A DNA stretch of 58,424 bases, filler included, from Platydemus manokwari (Eukaryota), in assembly GCA_037951405.1 (NCBI GenBank). It is 5 parts of 5 records of this genome, joined end to end, with 100 filler letters (N's around TTAATTAATTAA, not from the genome) between each part and the next. Parts side by side here need not be neighbours in the genome. Positions count along the whole stretch, not along the records: positions 1 to 13,333 come from JBBMOY011758063.1; 4 more parts are not named here. One strand, 5' to 3'. This document shows, piece by piece, positions 1 through 12,150 of the stretch. The notes beneath the pieces are model-generated. The model did no database searches. It saw only the letters and a program-made list of their open reading frames with translations, and was not told where the DNA came from. Positions within the stretch are counted from its first letter, which is position 1. Every line of letters starts with the position of its first letter. The translations under genes and the position numbers were made by a program.

Positions 1-841
1 CCACATTCAATTCGAGATCTAACAATTGATTGGTGAATATATTTCACATTCTTGTACAATTCATATGATCCACGAAAATAATCTAAATTTCATTAAATAT
101 TAAACAAGTTAATGAGTGATATTTTTACAAGTCGTTTCATTGCTTTTCACATAACGACGACCATATATTTCGACTTCACAAATGTTAATTGCACTTTCTT
201 TGAATTTTTTCGCAATAACAATCGATCTTGCCACCTAAATGTAAATTTTAAAAAAGGAAATCACGATTAAACTTAACAAGTCTGGTAAAAATAAAGCTGA
301 TATATATTTCTTTATCGCCTGGTGGTCCTTTGTAATGGTGTATAAAATAAAAGTTAGAACAGTCGTTTGTAAATTTTTTTTCGTCATTGAAGCTCGCATA
401 AAAGGTGAAATTTGTAGTTCGATAAACTAAAATGATCATTATTTTCAAAAAATGAAACGATAAAATGAAACCGTGTTCATCGGTTCTGAAATAAATTCTT
501 ATTCTTGTAACAATAGACAGAGCATTCAATACAATCATCCACCATTTCTTTCTATTTTCTTCCAAACTATGATAACATGATCCTGAAAAGTAAGGAATAT
601 TATAGGATATAACAATTTTATATTTAAACCTTTAAACATGTTTCCATTATAATTGCCATCCAACGCTTTTGAAGGAATTGCACTTTTCAACCATACAGAA
701 TTATATAAATAATTTGCTGCAATTGCTGTAGCATTCCTCGAAATGATTTCTACTCAGATATAATCAAATAAAACATAATCAAATATTACCATTTTTAGAA
801 AGAGCAAAACTAATAAGAGCTCCGACGCAAACGATAAGCAT
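1..841 (-). CDS. Secreted F-type lectin (fucolectin/FTP domain) gene, multi-exon, running off the window start (possible PAN/apple-like domain follows)
   Basis: Manual splicing (introns 750-789, 583-629, ~426-472, ~235-277, ~84-130, all GT-AG) gives MLIVCVGALISFALSKNE...KALDGNYNGNMFKGSCYHS...WWMIVL...IRIYFRTDEHVYR...INICEVEIYG...VRSRIECG: signal-peptide-like start, ALDGN Ca motif, H..RxDxxxxR fucose motif and C-terminal CEVEIYG typical of FTP domains. Confidence 0.85.
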
Positions 842-1399
842 AATAAAATATCACCGAAACGAAATGCAATGGGAATTAATTCTAGCATATAAATAATGAT
901 AAAAGACATTCAAGTATAACACAGAAAAAACAATGGATATAATAAACGTGTATGCAAACGATATGTCAGTTTTAATTTGAGATTGAAATATTTTCATACA
1001 ACTCCAATGACACAACTTTATAATTCATCGAGAAACAAAAAATAACTTTCTATGTGAATGCATTCTCAAAATTATTTTTATCAAAAATATATTATAACAA
1101 TTATAATTGTCCAACCGATTTTCGAAATCTATTTTATTTTCATTTAAGCATTTCCTATTTGGCTTTGTAAATTGTTAATATATTTCTATAGCATTATTAT
1201 AAATCTAGATAAATAAAATATCTTTCTCTTTTTAAAGAACCAGAAGTTGATCAAAACTTAAAATCAATGCAACTAGTGCCATTAAAATTATGAGTGAAAA
1301 ATTTTTTAAATCTTAAACCAAATCCATTTTCTTATAATTCAATGCGTTTATCACTATCTATACGTACCTAGTTATTGAAAAAATAATACCTACCACGAT

Positions 1400-2600
1400 A
1401 GATAATCGATTTCCTCATAGCGTCCCGTCGAATCTGACCTTTCAAAAGTACCCCGAAAATATGTAAATATTGTAAACGTAGACGTCCAAGCACAACAAAC
1501 TTGGGATAAGATGCCCAAAAATGAGATTAGACAACCACATTTCATCTACAAAAACCCAAACCAGACAAATATCTTACTGAGCAAATCTACACAAACTACA
1601 AACAACCGAGATTGTAAATCAATCGACCATGCTCAACAATGTCCAAAATTTTAAAATATGCTCAACCATACCCAATTACCAAAACACACAAACCCACAGG
1701 ACAATACACTCGATCTGGCAAATATAAATGGCACCATCACATGTAAAGTCATCAAATACAGAAAAAACAGGAACAAATTTAAGCCTGTTCTCAAAACTCA
1801 TAAACTACATTGGACCCTTTTCTTGCCAATGTAATGATTGCTCCAATCTGAAAAGAGAAAGCTCAAATAAGTTTTTCAATACAATGAGTTTAAAAAAAGG
1901 AAAATACACTAAGAAGCACAAAATATATCGCAAGTATAAAAAATAAATTCTATTGTGGACCAACTGCTCTGCAAATGCAGACAATGTTCATCCAAATACA
2001 GAAAAACATTTAAATCACTTGGAATCTTTAAAATTTACTTAACCATGAAAATGCCAATAACCAAAATGACCAACACATCATCACCGTTACAACAGAAGAA
2101 ACAGAATCACCTCAAATTTGAACTGAACTTAAGACAAGCAGAATATCTCAGCATCACCAAGACAAACAACCTGAAATTCTCTATTCACTCCAAATCGACC
2201 ACGACATAGATGGTATGATCCTGACACAAACCACGGACGGATCAATGACATCTTCTTAAATGCTGTCGGACTCACAAGAAGAAACAAATACAACAGAAAA
2301 CTACAACCAGCCCTCAAACAGACAATCCACGAGGACAAATAAAACTCAATCAATACTTATCTAAATTGTACGGAGGAGCAAGTCACACACCAGCCTACAT
2401 GACCGTGATTGATGATAAAAATGTCAAATGCAAAATGTGTCCGAAAAGGTATCGTTTCCCATTCACGAAGGCAACTATAGTTCCGAAACCTTTTAATCAG
2501 ACACACGACACCGCTCTCCACTCAGAATTTGCCGTACAAAGTTACTGTGGATACATTGATCCAGCCACCGGTATAAAATATCACTGCAATGAATAAAACC
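1400..2600 (+). other. A/C-skewed cluster of tightly packed small intronless ORFs with Cys motifs (virus/Polinton-like accessory region, degraded)
   Basis: ORFs 1728-1946 (SCQCNDCS), 1955-2209 (LCKCRQCS), 2366-2596 (KCKMC...YC...HC); strong strand skew unlike the flanking host genes. Confidence 0.35.
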
Positions 2601-3330
2601 AGCATCATTTAATACATGAGTAATGGAAACCAAAGTATCATTTTAAAAACATATTAAAATATGTATAATTAGTCATATTTAGAAATGCTTTTGAGAGTAA
2701 TCCTAGAATAGAAAAAATTCTAATTTCATTGCTGAGAAAGTTTTAAAAAATAATCAAAAAATATTTAGAAATAATATAATTGAAAGATTTCACTTTAAAT
2801 AAATAAAGATGAAAATTTCATTCGTTCGAGTTTGTTTCTTATGGATTAGCTCAATATAACAGTGGCACCATCAAATATGTGTTTCTTGAACCACTTATTT
2901 GTAAAATATTTTATAAAATAAAATAAAAATAAATTTTGTTGCTCATGTTAATTACATTTTTTATATTTAGTATAAAATATTATCAAGAATTAATCAGTTA
3001 TGAAATGAAACAATGTCGTCAATATTCTCTAATAGTTGTGATGGCACTTTTGTAAAGGTTCATATCTACATAAACAATCAAATGTACAGATAGGTGTTTA
3101 TTTAAGGGGTATAAGAAACAATATTAATTGTTTATTAGATATTATTAGTAAAATAATAATTTGTTATTTATTTTATATATAAATTTATAAATGCATATAG
3201 TTTATTATTCTAATTTTGATTTTACAATATTATGTGAGATATTTATTGAAAATTAAATTACAATTTAATTCAAATCTATTTTAATTTGTATTTTACTCAA
3301 ATTTAATTTTAATTTTATAAAAAATTAAAT

Positions 3331-3963
3331 TAAAATGTAAAATTAGAAATATTTGTTTAAATATTCGGATTTAAAATAGATTTGATTGTGTCTTGACTTT
3401 TTTGGTTTGGTTTTAGTTTGTAGTTTTTAAAGTCGTAGCGACTAACATGGCGACAACGCATCTGGAATCGAACCTGAAAAGAACAACGACTGTAAATTAT
3501 AAAGAAGATATAAGGAAGAGATAAACAAGTTGTAGAAGAGATAAAACGGAGATATAAAAGATGTAGAAAAAGATTTTAGAGAATATATTAGAGAAGATAT
3601 AATAGAAGATATAATGGAAGATATAAAAGAAGATATAAAATAAGATATAACAAAAGATATAATGGAAGATAAAAAAGAAGTTACTAAAAGATAGAAGAAT
3701 TAAGTTTTTCAGATTATTGAAGACAGAGATAATTAAGAAAATCAAAGATTTTAAAGAAAGGCGGATGTGAGATATTTTGTAGAAATTTAATTTTAAACAA
3801 TTTCTATTCACATTTTATTCAAATTTTATTCAAATTTTATTTAGATTTAATTTGATTTTATAAAAAAAATTTTAATTAATGTAAAATTAGAAATATTTGT
3901 TTAAATATTTGGATTTAAAATAGATTTGATTGTGTCTTGACACTTTTTTGGTTTTGTTTTAGT
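3331..3963 (+). repeat. ~85-bp direct repeat pair (3331-3417 / ~3878-3963) enclosing a degenerate 12-bp tandem array (GAAGATATAATA-like)
   Basis: aatgtaaaattagaaatatttgtttaaatatt(c/t)ggatttaaaatagatttgattgtgtcttgac occurs twice; the array at ~3500-3680 reads EDIIEDIMEDIKEDIK in one frame, with stops. Confidence 0.85.
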
Positions 3964-4456
3964 GTGTTGAAAAATGAAATTTTAATACATTTATGTAAAC
4001 ATCATTTTTAAATAAGTACATTGTGGTTCTTGCATTTATATAAAATGTCATATATTATTATTGCCTCGTGGTAGTGGTCTGATCAGCCACAAAATAGAGA
4101 ACTAAAAATACCAGACGGTAACATCAATGGTATAGTCAATTTCGAAAATGTTCTCTATAAATTTCGAATAAAATTAAATATAAAATTAAATATAAAATTT
4201 AAAAAAGGCAGTGGTCTACTGGTGGTAAAAAATGGACCTCCATAAATAAATAAAAGACCAATGTCCAATCACCAGTATGGTTACATTTTTTTCATAATGA
4301 TTATATATTCTTAAATTTCTGATCTTTTAAATTTATGAAGGTACCTGTTGATTTTTTATAATATTCAGTAGCTAAATTAAAATAATGTTCTAATTTATCC
4401 TTAGTTATCCATTTAACATATATAATTTTAGAAATTAATGAAGTATAACTTGAGGC

Positions 4457-4580
4457 TATGTGAAAAATGTTTTTTTTTATTTTCAAAAAGGGTGGGTATG
4501 TCAAAAATGTTTTTTTATTTTTCAGAAATGGGGTGTATGTCTAAATTTTTATTTTTGTATTTTAAAAAGGAAGGGGCTAT
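4457..4580 (+). repeat. ~40-bp tandem repeat, about 3 copies
   Basis: tatgt(g/c)aaaaatgtttttt..attttca.aaa.gg..ggg unit repeated. Confidence 0.75.
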
Positions 4581-4589
4581 CTGAGTTGA

Positions 4590-5880
4590 AATGATATTAG
4601 TAACATTAGTAATTGAAATGACAACACTGGTAATACAACCCTTTTAATTAAATAATTTATTTGAAAAAAACGAAATCAAGTAAGACTAAAACAGAACGAA
4701 ACAAATTTTACCAAAATGTGTAGTACACTGCGCAAGCAGATAACTCCTTGATACTCAAAACACCGAGTAGCGGAAGGAAAGAATTAGGGAGACGACACAA
4801 GACAATTAATATAAAATTAATTGAATTATGTACCAATTATGCAATGACAAATAATCTTGCGAATACGAATGAATAACCGGAACACGTATATCAATATCGT
4901 AGCTTAACTTCTGTAGTGTGTTATTCTGCGAATAATCGTCAACTGTGATAGTTAATTGTGTGGGGTGAATATTATGTTTATTTGGCATTTGCTATGGTGC
5001 TGTTTCCACAACGGGCGCTATTGTTATTCTTTGAAATTACATTTTATTTCTTATATTTGTCCAGCGCAATGGCTGTTACTAATTTTATTCTTTTTTGTTA
5101 CAGACATTTGTTTTTACCAATGGTAGATCTGATAAAAATCGAATAGAATAGATTTCTGATGTTACTATTTTTATTTCTCTGTTATCTGATTTATTTCGCT
5201 TCTTTTAGATAAGATAAAATATAACTTATTTTATGAATTGTACTTTTATTGTTATTATTATTGCATTTATTATTACTATCATTGTTATTATTTATATTAT
5301 TATCATTATGTATGTTATTATTGTCGTTATTTTTATTATTACCATTATTGTTATTATTATTATTATTATTATTCTTAATGTTATTATTATAAGTCTCATT
5401 ATCGCTTAATTTTTATTATTATTATTATTATTCTGAATGTTATTATTATATTTCTCATTACCGCTTTTAGTCTTACTGTGTTAATGTTATATATTTTAAT
5501 GTCAATTTTCGTCTTTTCCATTTACTGTATTCGTAAGTAGCTCATTGCCTAATTCCCATTATTTGTCTGTCGCCTCAGTATAATCTCTTCTTCCAGCTCA
5601 CAAAAACAAAGTTCAAGAATTATTATCAAACTTCACATACACACAGATTCAAGCAATATAAGCGAATATAAGCAAAATGAACGAATATTGTTGATAATCA
5701 AACTGTTGTTAGGATTGATCAATCAAATGTTATTGTTGATTTGGGATTGATTATTGATTATGGGGTTTGAATATAATGTTCTTTTTGATATTGATTTTCG
5801 GGAAATTGAGATTGATTATTGTTGCTGGGGTTTAAATATGTTATCGTTGTTTGATTTTGATGATGAAAGTGCATCCTCAA
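4590..5880 (-). mobile_element. Degenerate LTR-like repeat, inverted relative of 12150-13150
   Basis: Reverse complement cttgcgcagtgtactacacattttggtaaaatt matches cttgcgtagtgcgtttcataatttgggcaaaat (~12952); shared caatcctaacaa/atcaacaataa blocks; internal (TTA)n tract at ~5240-5450. Confidence 0.5.
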
Positions 5881-6416
5881 CAGAAAAGTAAATTGAATAA
5901 TAATTATAATAATATTATGAATAATAATAATAAAATCATTGATATAATTGTTATTTTAGATAATTAATGAGAAAAATACTAAAAGGTAAGATATTTAAGT
6001 CAAGGTAAAAGGGGTTTGAACAAAGTAAAGTTTACTGGGTTTCTGAGCACGGAAGAATAGACATTAAAAATGTAATGAGAAAATTTCATCTCATCGAATA
6101 AGAAATGCAAAAGTAATGAAATGACATCCGTTATTATGAAATCATTACTTCTTTGAAAGATATCAGGCGCTCCTTTCTATTCAAAAGGTAAAGCATTTAA
6201 TTCACACAAACTATCGGTATCTACGAGCTCTAATTTGTATTTATCCTTAAATTAAATTATCTTTCTTCAAATTTAATTATGGAAAATATCTCAGAATTTT
6301 CAGATTATATCATATATGGCTTGTGGCAATCGTAATGGATGTGTCCCTTTCCTTGAAATTACATTAAATTTTCGATATTCTACACACTACATAATTCTGC
6401 CATCTTTTTTATTCGA

Positions 6417-6674
6417 ATGAACATAAAATCTGGATGCCTCGGCAGCAGCTTTCAACTTTTTAATGATGATCTGATCAACACCGTATGTAATATAATTGGT
6501 GGCAGTGTTGAGCTTGTTCTAGACGACACTCAGTGCTGGAAAACCAAGCAGAAAAGTATGCATGTTGCAAGCGAATTAAGCTTGTTAAATATTTTTAACA
6601 ACACTGCATGTTCGGCACAACTAGATCGAATATTAATAGAGATAAAAAATAATAATCTACTGAAAAATTTATAA
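6417..6674 (+). CDS. Possible terminal exon or pseudogene fragment of an unknown gene
   Basis: 85-aa ORF with protein-like composition; upstream frame interrupted by stops; no recognised motif. Confidence 0.25.
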   Translation: MNIKSGCLGSSFQLFNDDLINTVCNIIGGSVELVLDDTQCWKTKQKSMHVASELSLLNIFNNTACSAQLDRILIEIKNNNLLKNL

Positions 6675-6819
6675 GCGACATTTTATTTAAAAAAAACAAT
6701 TTAACTAATTTATGAAAACTTAATAAATAATATATTTTGAGATGTCATGTTTTACAATAAATTGAAATATCCTGGTCAAATAATAAACTGGTCGACAAGA
6801 AAAAGATATCACTTGCCCC

Positions 6820-8973
6820 CTACAGTGGTAACCAGATAATAATTCTAGAAATTATTCTGCAATATCGATATCGAGAGTGATCATTAAATGACAACGATCG
6901 ATAAATATCGCCAATTTTTTCAATCACATTATCATAACATCGATTACCTATAAGATTCCAAAGACTTGGTCGTCGTCAAAGTAACAACTTCATTGGTATC
7001 ATGGCAGAGGGAAGCCAGTTGTATCAGAACTCTGCCATCTAATAATAAATATTCATCAATGTTGCCTAGCAACAACAAAAGCTAACTCTCTCCAATCATA
7101 TGGTTGACCTTCACTGACCCAATATGTTTCACCATCGCTTGAAACTCATTGTCGAGCGAGTAACATTGCTCGAATCTCTCGTTGACGAATGCCACATTCT
7201 CACCAATCTATTGACAACAAGATAAAACATCAATATTATGCGCGATATTTGTCACAGAACAAGCCAACTTGATCTAGATAAACAACAGGTCGAGACTGGC
7301 ATTGCTCTAGACGCATCTTCGCTGTTTGAGCGGCTTTCTGTGCGGTGGAAAGCACCTCATTGATGAGGTCGTCATCATCTTCATCTTCATCGTCAGCATC
7401 ATCGTCGGATATTTCGGACTGACGATTATGAGAATAACTGTCATCGATTTCTGATTCTGGAGATCCTGTAGACATTGCTATGGTAACATCTTCACCACAA
7501 GGTTAGAAGGCATTACCTGTATCCAAGCTGCTTTGAGCACAGGCTTTCTTTGCTCCGAGGATTTTCGTGTCGATCGTTTGATTCTTTCGTTTATTGTTTG
7601 TCATGCTTTGCTGGAGGACATTTTTCTGAATTCGGTTAAAATAAAGATAAATAGCATTTAGTATACATTATGTGAACAGTGTTGTCATAGTTACACACTT
7701 TTCATTCGATACATTCTCCACCAATAACAAGGCAGAGAACAAAATAATTTTAAAAAAAACTTATGATAGCCACATATTGAGATCAAAATGACGAATAAAT
7801 CAGGAGAAAAATTCCAGGTCATTGATAAATAAATATTTTTCAAATTTCTAACCAATTAATCTCACCTGCAAAGCTCTGTGTGGTCGACCACTAGGAGCAT
7901 TTTTAGTGACCTCACTCTGAATAATCTTCATACGAGCTAGACAAGTCTCCCAATCGCCCATTTCAGCATCATTCAATCCCTTAGTCCAATTAAGCCTCGA
8001 TGTAATCGATTTATGAATGTTGTCTCGGGAACTTATTTTTTTGACATAATTCAGCATCTGAAAGAGATATCCGTAATAAATAAAACAAATCCAATTGTTA
8101 TTAGCGCAAATCGATCACCAAAAAGAACTGTCTGCTGTAAACAATGATACCTGAGCAGCAATCTTGTAGTAAACAGTGTCAGAGGTGTTGTAAATGAGAG
8201 CGTTCTGGCACATGAGTACCATATCATCGATCATATCAACCACACAACCATATTCGCCACCATCTATCTTGTGACGAATTGTTCGGAGATCCATCGGATG
8301 ATCAATGATACTAGAATAGTTTGGAGCTTGCTCTTCTGTGACTGGATATGCAAATATCATGTGACAATCTTTCTTTTCAATCATTTTAAACAGTTCCAGT
8401 AGAACGGATTTTATATTTTCCAATCCACTGCTTTCTCGAGCATAGATTGGACATATAGAAAGTGGACTCGACCCTGCTGTAATTAAAAACAATAGATAAT
8501 CTTATAATGATTGATTCAAGATCTATTTGCTAATATATCCATTAATAATATTAATGAAATTAAATGAAATCAATGACTTAAAAATTATTTTTTTTATAAG
8601 TTTAAATACTAAAGTGAAATTCTTATTCAAAAAGAATATTTAAGAAAAGAACCTGAAACATCATCTCCGATCAAATCAGGTTTTTCATCTCCATTAATTG
8701 ATGTCGATTCCGAAATATTATCTAGTCCTAAACAAACAAACAATCAAAATTGAGAGCTATCCTGGGAAATAGAAAATAATTTTTACCGATTTTGTATCTG
8801 GGACTGTGATTTTTAATAGACTCATCTTTGATAAACTTTATCTTGACACATGGACTTTTACCTGGCGCAACTTCAGAAGAATTCTATTTTAAAAATATAT
8901 CATATAAATTTATTAATTTTATTTAAAAAACCTGTCTTTGAACGGTAAAACTATAAACATTATCCAAATTCAT
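6820..8973 (-). CDS. Bromodomain protein, BRD7/BRD9-like, multi-exon (3' end uncertain)
   Basis: Bromodomain FAYPVTEEQAPNYSSIIDHPMDLRTIRHKI...LMCQNALIYNTSDTVYYKIA (8115-8492); ATG at 8973; downstream exons splice in frame (7866-8057, 7517-7625, 7270-7477, 7087-7208, 6949-7038) with an acidic stretch and AQKAAQTAKMRL...VVYL reminiscent of BRD7/9. Confidence 0.8.
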
Positions 8974-9391
8974 TTTTAAATTTTGCTAAAAATTTCAAAT
9001 AATATTAAAACGAATCTCATATAAATTGACATTTAATGATATTCATTTGAAATCAGGTTTAATTAAATATCATTTTTATAAAAAATTATTTTAAAAAGTT
9101 CTAGCAAATTTATATTTTATTAATGAAAAATTAAAAAAACTCAAAAATAATCTCTATAAAAATATACATCAAATTAGTTTGCAGTGAACATTTTTGGTAC
9201 ATTGTTAATAATCTCAAACAGAAGTTTAATTATAACTCATTTTAAAAATACGAATTTATAAATTAACAATACCAATAATGAGGTAAAATTTATCTGATAA
9301 ATCATGTATGTGGCTTTAATGTTGCGCATTAGATTATATATTAAAACTATTTCATGAAACCAACAACTAAAATAGAGTATATTTACAACAA

Positions 9392-10294
9392 TCAATTATT
9401 ATCAAAATTATTCTCTCCTCGACAATACTGTTCAAGATCATCTGTATCACAGCTTTTGGAATTTAGTAATATATAATGCCTTTCAATTTCTAAATCCGGC
9501 CCGCAACACATTTCCCCTGTCGAATAATTCTTTACATTCATTTCTGCTGGTGTTCGTCGTTTTATTTCTAAATAATTCCCCGCGTCGTCTCGCTTTCTCT
9601 CGTGAGCCTTCAGATGAACATTACAATTTGATTTCTTTTGGAATCGTTTATGACAAATATGGCATTCATAAGGTTTAATACCCTTGTGAATCCGCTGGTG
9701 GATTTCGTAGTACACTTTCTTTGTGAAGCTCTTCTCACACAAATCACAATGGAATGTAGGATCGTTATGTGTTTGTAAATGAGGCCTTAAAAATTTGACC
9801 ATTTTATTGCAAACAGGACACTGTTGTAATTCCACATTTGAATGCATAAGCCCGTTATGGATTTTCAAAAGAACCTTATTATCAAAGTCTTCCTCGCAAT
9901 GATTACATGGAAACTTATTAGGCTGATCGTGTGTTTTCAAATGTGCTTCATATCGTACCTTGATTTTAAATTGTTTCTCACAAATTCCACACGAGAACTT
10001 TGTACTGCATTTATTTGATTTCTTAGCAGGAGTTTCTGAATTTAGAGATTCATTATTTCTACGTTTTCTGGAATTGTTCAAAATATTTAATTCGCAACTG
10101 ATATTTTCTTTATCAATAGACCTTAAGGTTCTTTTTACAACTTGTCCAAGGCAATCAGTGTTATTTTCGAATAAATTTTTTGTTATTTTTGGACAAATAT
10201 CTTCGTCTAGACCAATTACCTGATAAGTTTCATTTTGTTGTAATTTTGAAATTTTGAAATTTTTCTTACCTTCAGAAGATTTTATGTTTTTCAT
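9392..10294 (-). CDS. C2H2 zinc-finger protein (5 fingers)
   Basis: CGIC..HLKTH, CNHC..HNGLMH, CPVC..HLQTH, CDLC..HQRIH-KGIKPYECHIC..HLKAH; an AG acceptor at ~10305 suggests a possible upstream exon. Confidence 0.93.
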   Translation of the reverse strand: MKNIKSSEGKKNFKISKLQQNETYQVIGLDEDICPKITKNLFENNTDCLGQVVKRTLRSIDKENISCELNILNNSRKRRNNESLNSETPAKKSNKCSTKFSCGICEKQFKIKVRYEAHLKTHDQPNKFPCNHCEEDFDNKVLLKIHNGLMHSNVELQQCPVCNKMVKFLRPHLQTHNDPTFHCDLCEKSFTKKVYYEIHQRIHKGIKPYECHICHKRFQKKSNCNVHLKAHERKRDDAGNYLEIKRRTPAEMNVKNYSTGEMCCGPDLEIERHYILLNSKSCDTDDLEQYCRGENNFDNN

Positions 10295-10759
10295 TAAAAG
10301 TTCCTAAATGTTTTGACATTAATCCAAAAAAATTCATTATTAGTTTATTAAAACATTTAATACAAAAATTCATATGATTTTGGAAAATGTCCTCACAAAA
10401 TTTTTAAACAATAATTAGATAAAAAATAAGCTAATTAAATACTGAAATTCTAGTAACTAATCTTACAAAATATAATTTTAAATGATAATTGCGTAACATA
10501 TAATTATTTAAACAAATGTATTAGAACTATTATTTTGTACAATCATTAAAATGTTAAATTAATTAGCGTTATTTTATTTAGAATTTAGAAAATTTAGAAA
10601 ATTTAAAAATGTGAATTTTATAACCTTAATTTATATAAATAAGTTAAACAAAAGGAAATTTTATACCATAACTGAGTTTTCAAATTAAATTTTATTTTTA
10701 TACGAAAAATCTAGAGAGTAGAATTAAAATCATTAATATATTTAGATGAATTAATATTC

Positions 10760-12150
10760 AATTACTTTGATACGTTCAAGCTTCTCGGTAATTTTCAATG
10801 TTTACATTTAATCAGTTTCAGGCTACTTACTGATAATACTTCTGTATAACTATCACTCTTTCTGAGTTTCATAATAGAAGAACGGATTCGCACCTTGTAA
10901 CCCTTGTTTTAGCACTTTAAACATTTGCATACCTACACAACCATACGGGTATGGCGATCAATCAATAATACTTGAAAGGGAATTTAAATTAGTACTTTGC
11001 GAATAACAAAATTTTCTTTCTTTCATTATTACAATGGGCATATAATTTTTGTCCAATGTCTTCTTTGTATTGGGAAGAATAATCGAATTTCAAATTTAAA
11101 TTGATGGCTTTGGCAATTAACTATATTTTATGGTTTCATAGAGATTAAATAATGAGATGCCATTGATGCCTTCGAGCTTTTTACTAATAATTTGAACTGG
11201 ATTACTCAGAATATTTTATTTCATTTGATTTTCAAAATAATCTTTACATTATTTTAGTTACAATATGAGAACAATATGCTGAATATTAAAGGTATTTATT
11301 GTATAGGTTATTAAATATTCATCTCACTTTTTATTTTCGAGAAGTTGTATCCAAAAAAGATAAAAATAGACTGAATAATAAATTAACCCCAAATACATTA
11401 ACAGTAACTGATTAATAATTTAATAATTTAAAATAATAAAATAATTTACAGTTTTTCTTATCATTTATTTTATTTACTTTTATATTAAAATATTAAGTCA
11501 TCAGACATGAAATATATTGGGTACAGTTATTGGTCATCCTTAATTTCGAAGTCTTTGAAATGGTGAACTTTAAAATATTCATATAAAAAATAAGAAAATT
11601 GCTCAACTTTATATTGGTTGGATCTCTATGCAATGTTGAATTAATATCGTTTGATGAGTTAATTTTGTTGTGTTGTTTATCTTGCATCTATCACTCAAGA
11701 ATAATTAGTAAAGTACCAGCTTTGTATTAATTTCTGGACTTCCCATTAAATTTGTGATTCAAGGACTCTTTTATTGTTTCAGAGCTAAACTATAGATATA
11801 TTAGGTTTCAGAACCTTTTGGTTTTTAGCCAAATGTCTCAATGAGTGTCGATAAATATTCCTTCCAGTAAAAATAAGACATGCCTGATCAGAGGATGAAT
11901 TTGCAGAGTGTTTGTTTTACAGTCTTCAGCTAACTATTGGTTTCTCAAAAAATAATGGGTCATCTAAGCTGTTAATCAATGCTTATATATGAATTGGGTT
12001 GTCTATGTTTATTCTCTGGCATCAAATTTATTGACAAGGGACTTACTTAAATTTTGTTTTAATTTATTTCTTCGAAACTTTTATCTGGAAGTTTTATAAT
12101 GGATTAAATTATTTTTTATTTTCATATTCGCATCCCATTTTCTGAAAATC
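10760..12150 (-). pseudogene. Highly degraded Ty3/gypsy pol (RT/integrase) remnants
   Basis: Minus-strand translation VGMQMFKVLKQGLQGANPFF (~10880-10940) resembles the RT motif GxYxFxxMPFGLxNAPxxF; SNPVQIISKKLEG resembles SPxxLVxKKxG; many stops. Confidence 0.5.

Noticed and set aside
3497-3811. 104-aa minus ORF with FYIF repeats
   Set aside because: Antisense reading of the 12-bp tandem array; low complexity.
9960-10223. Plus-strand 87-aa ORF
   Set aside because: Antisense shadow of the C2H2 gene.
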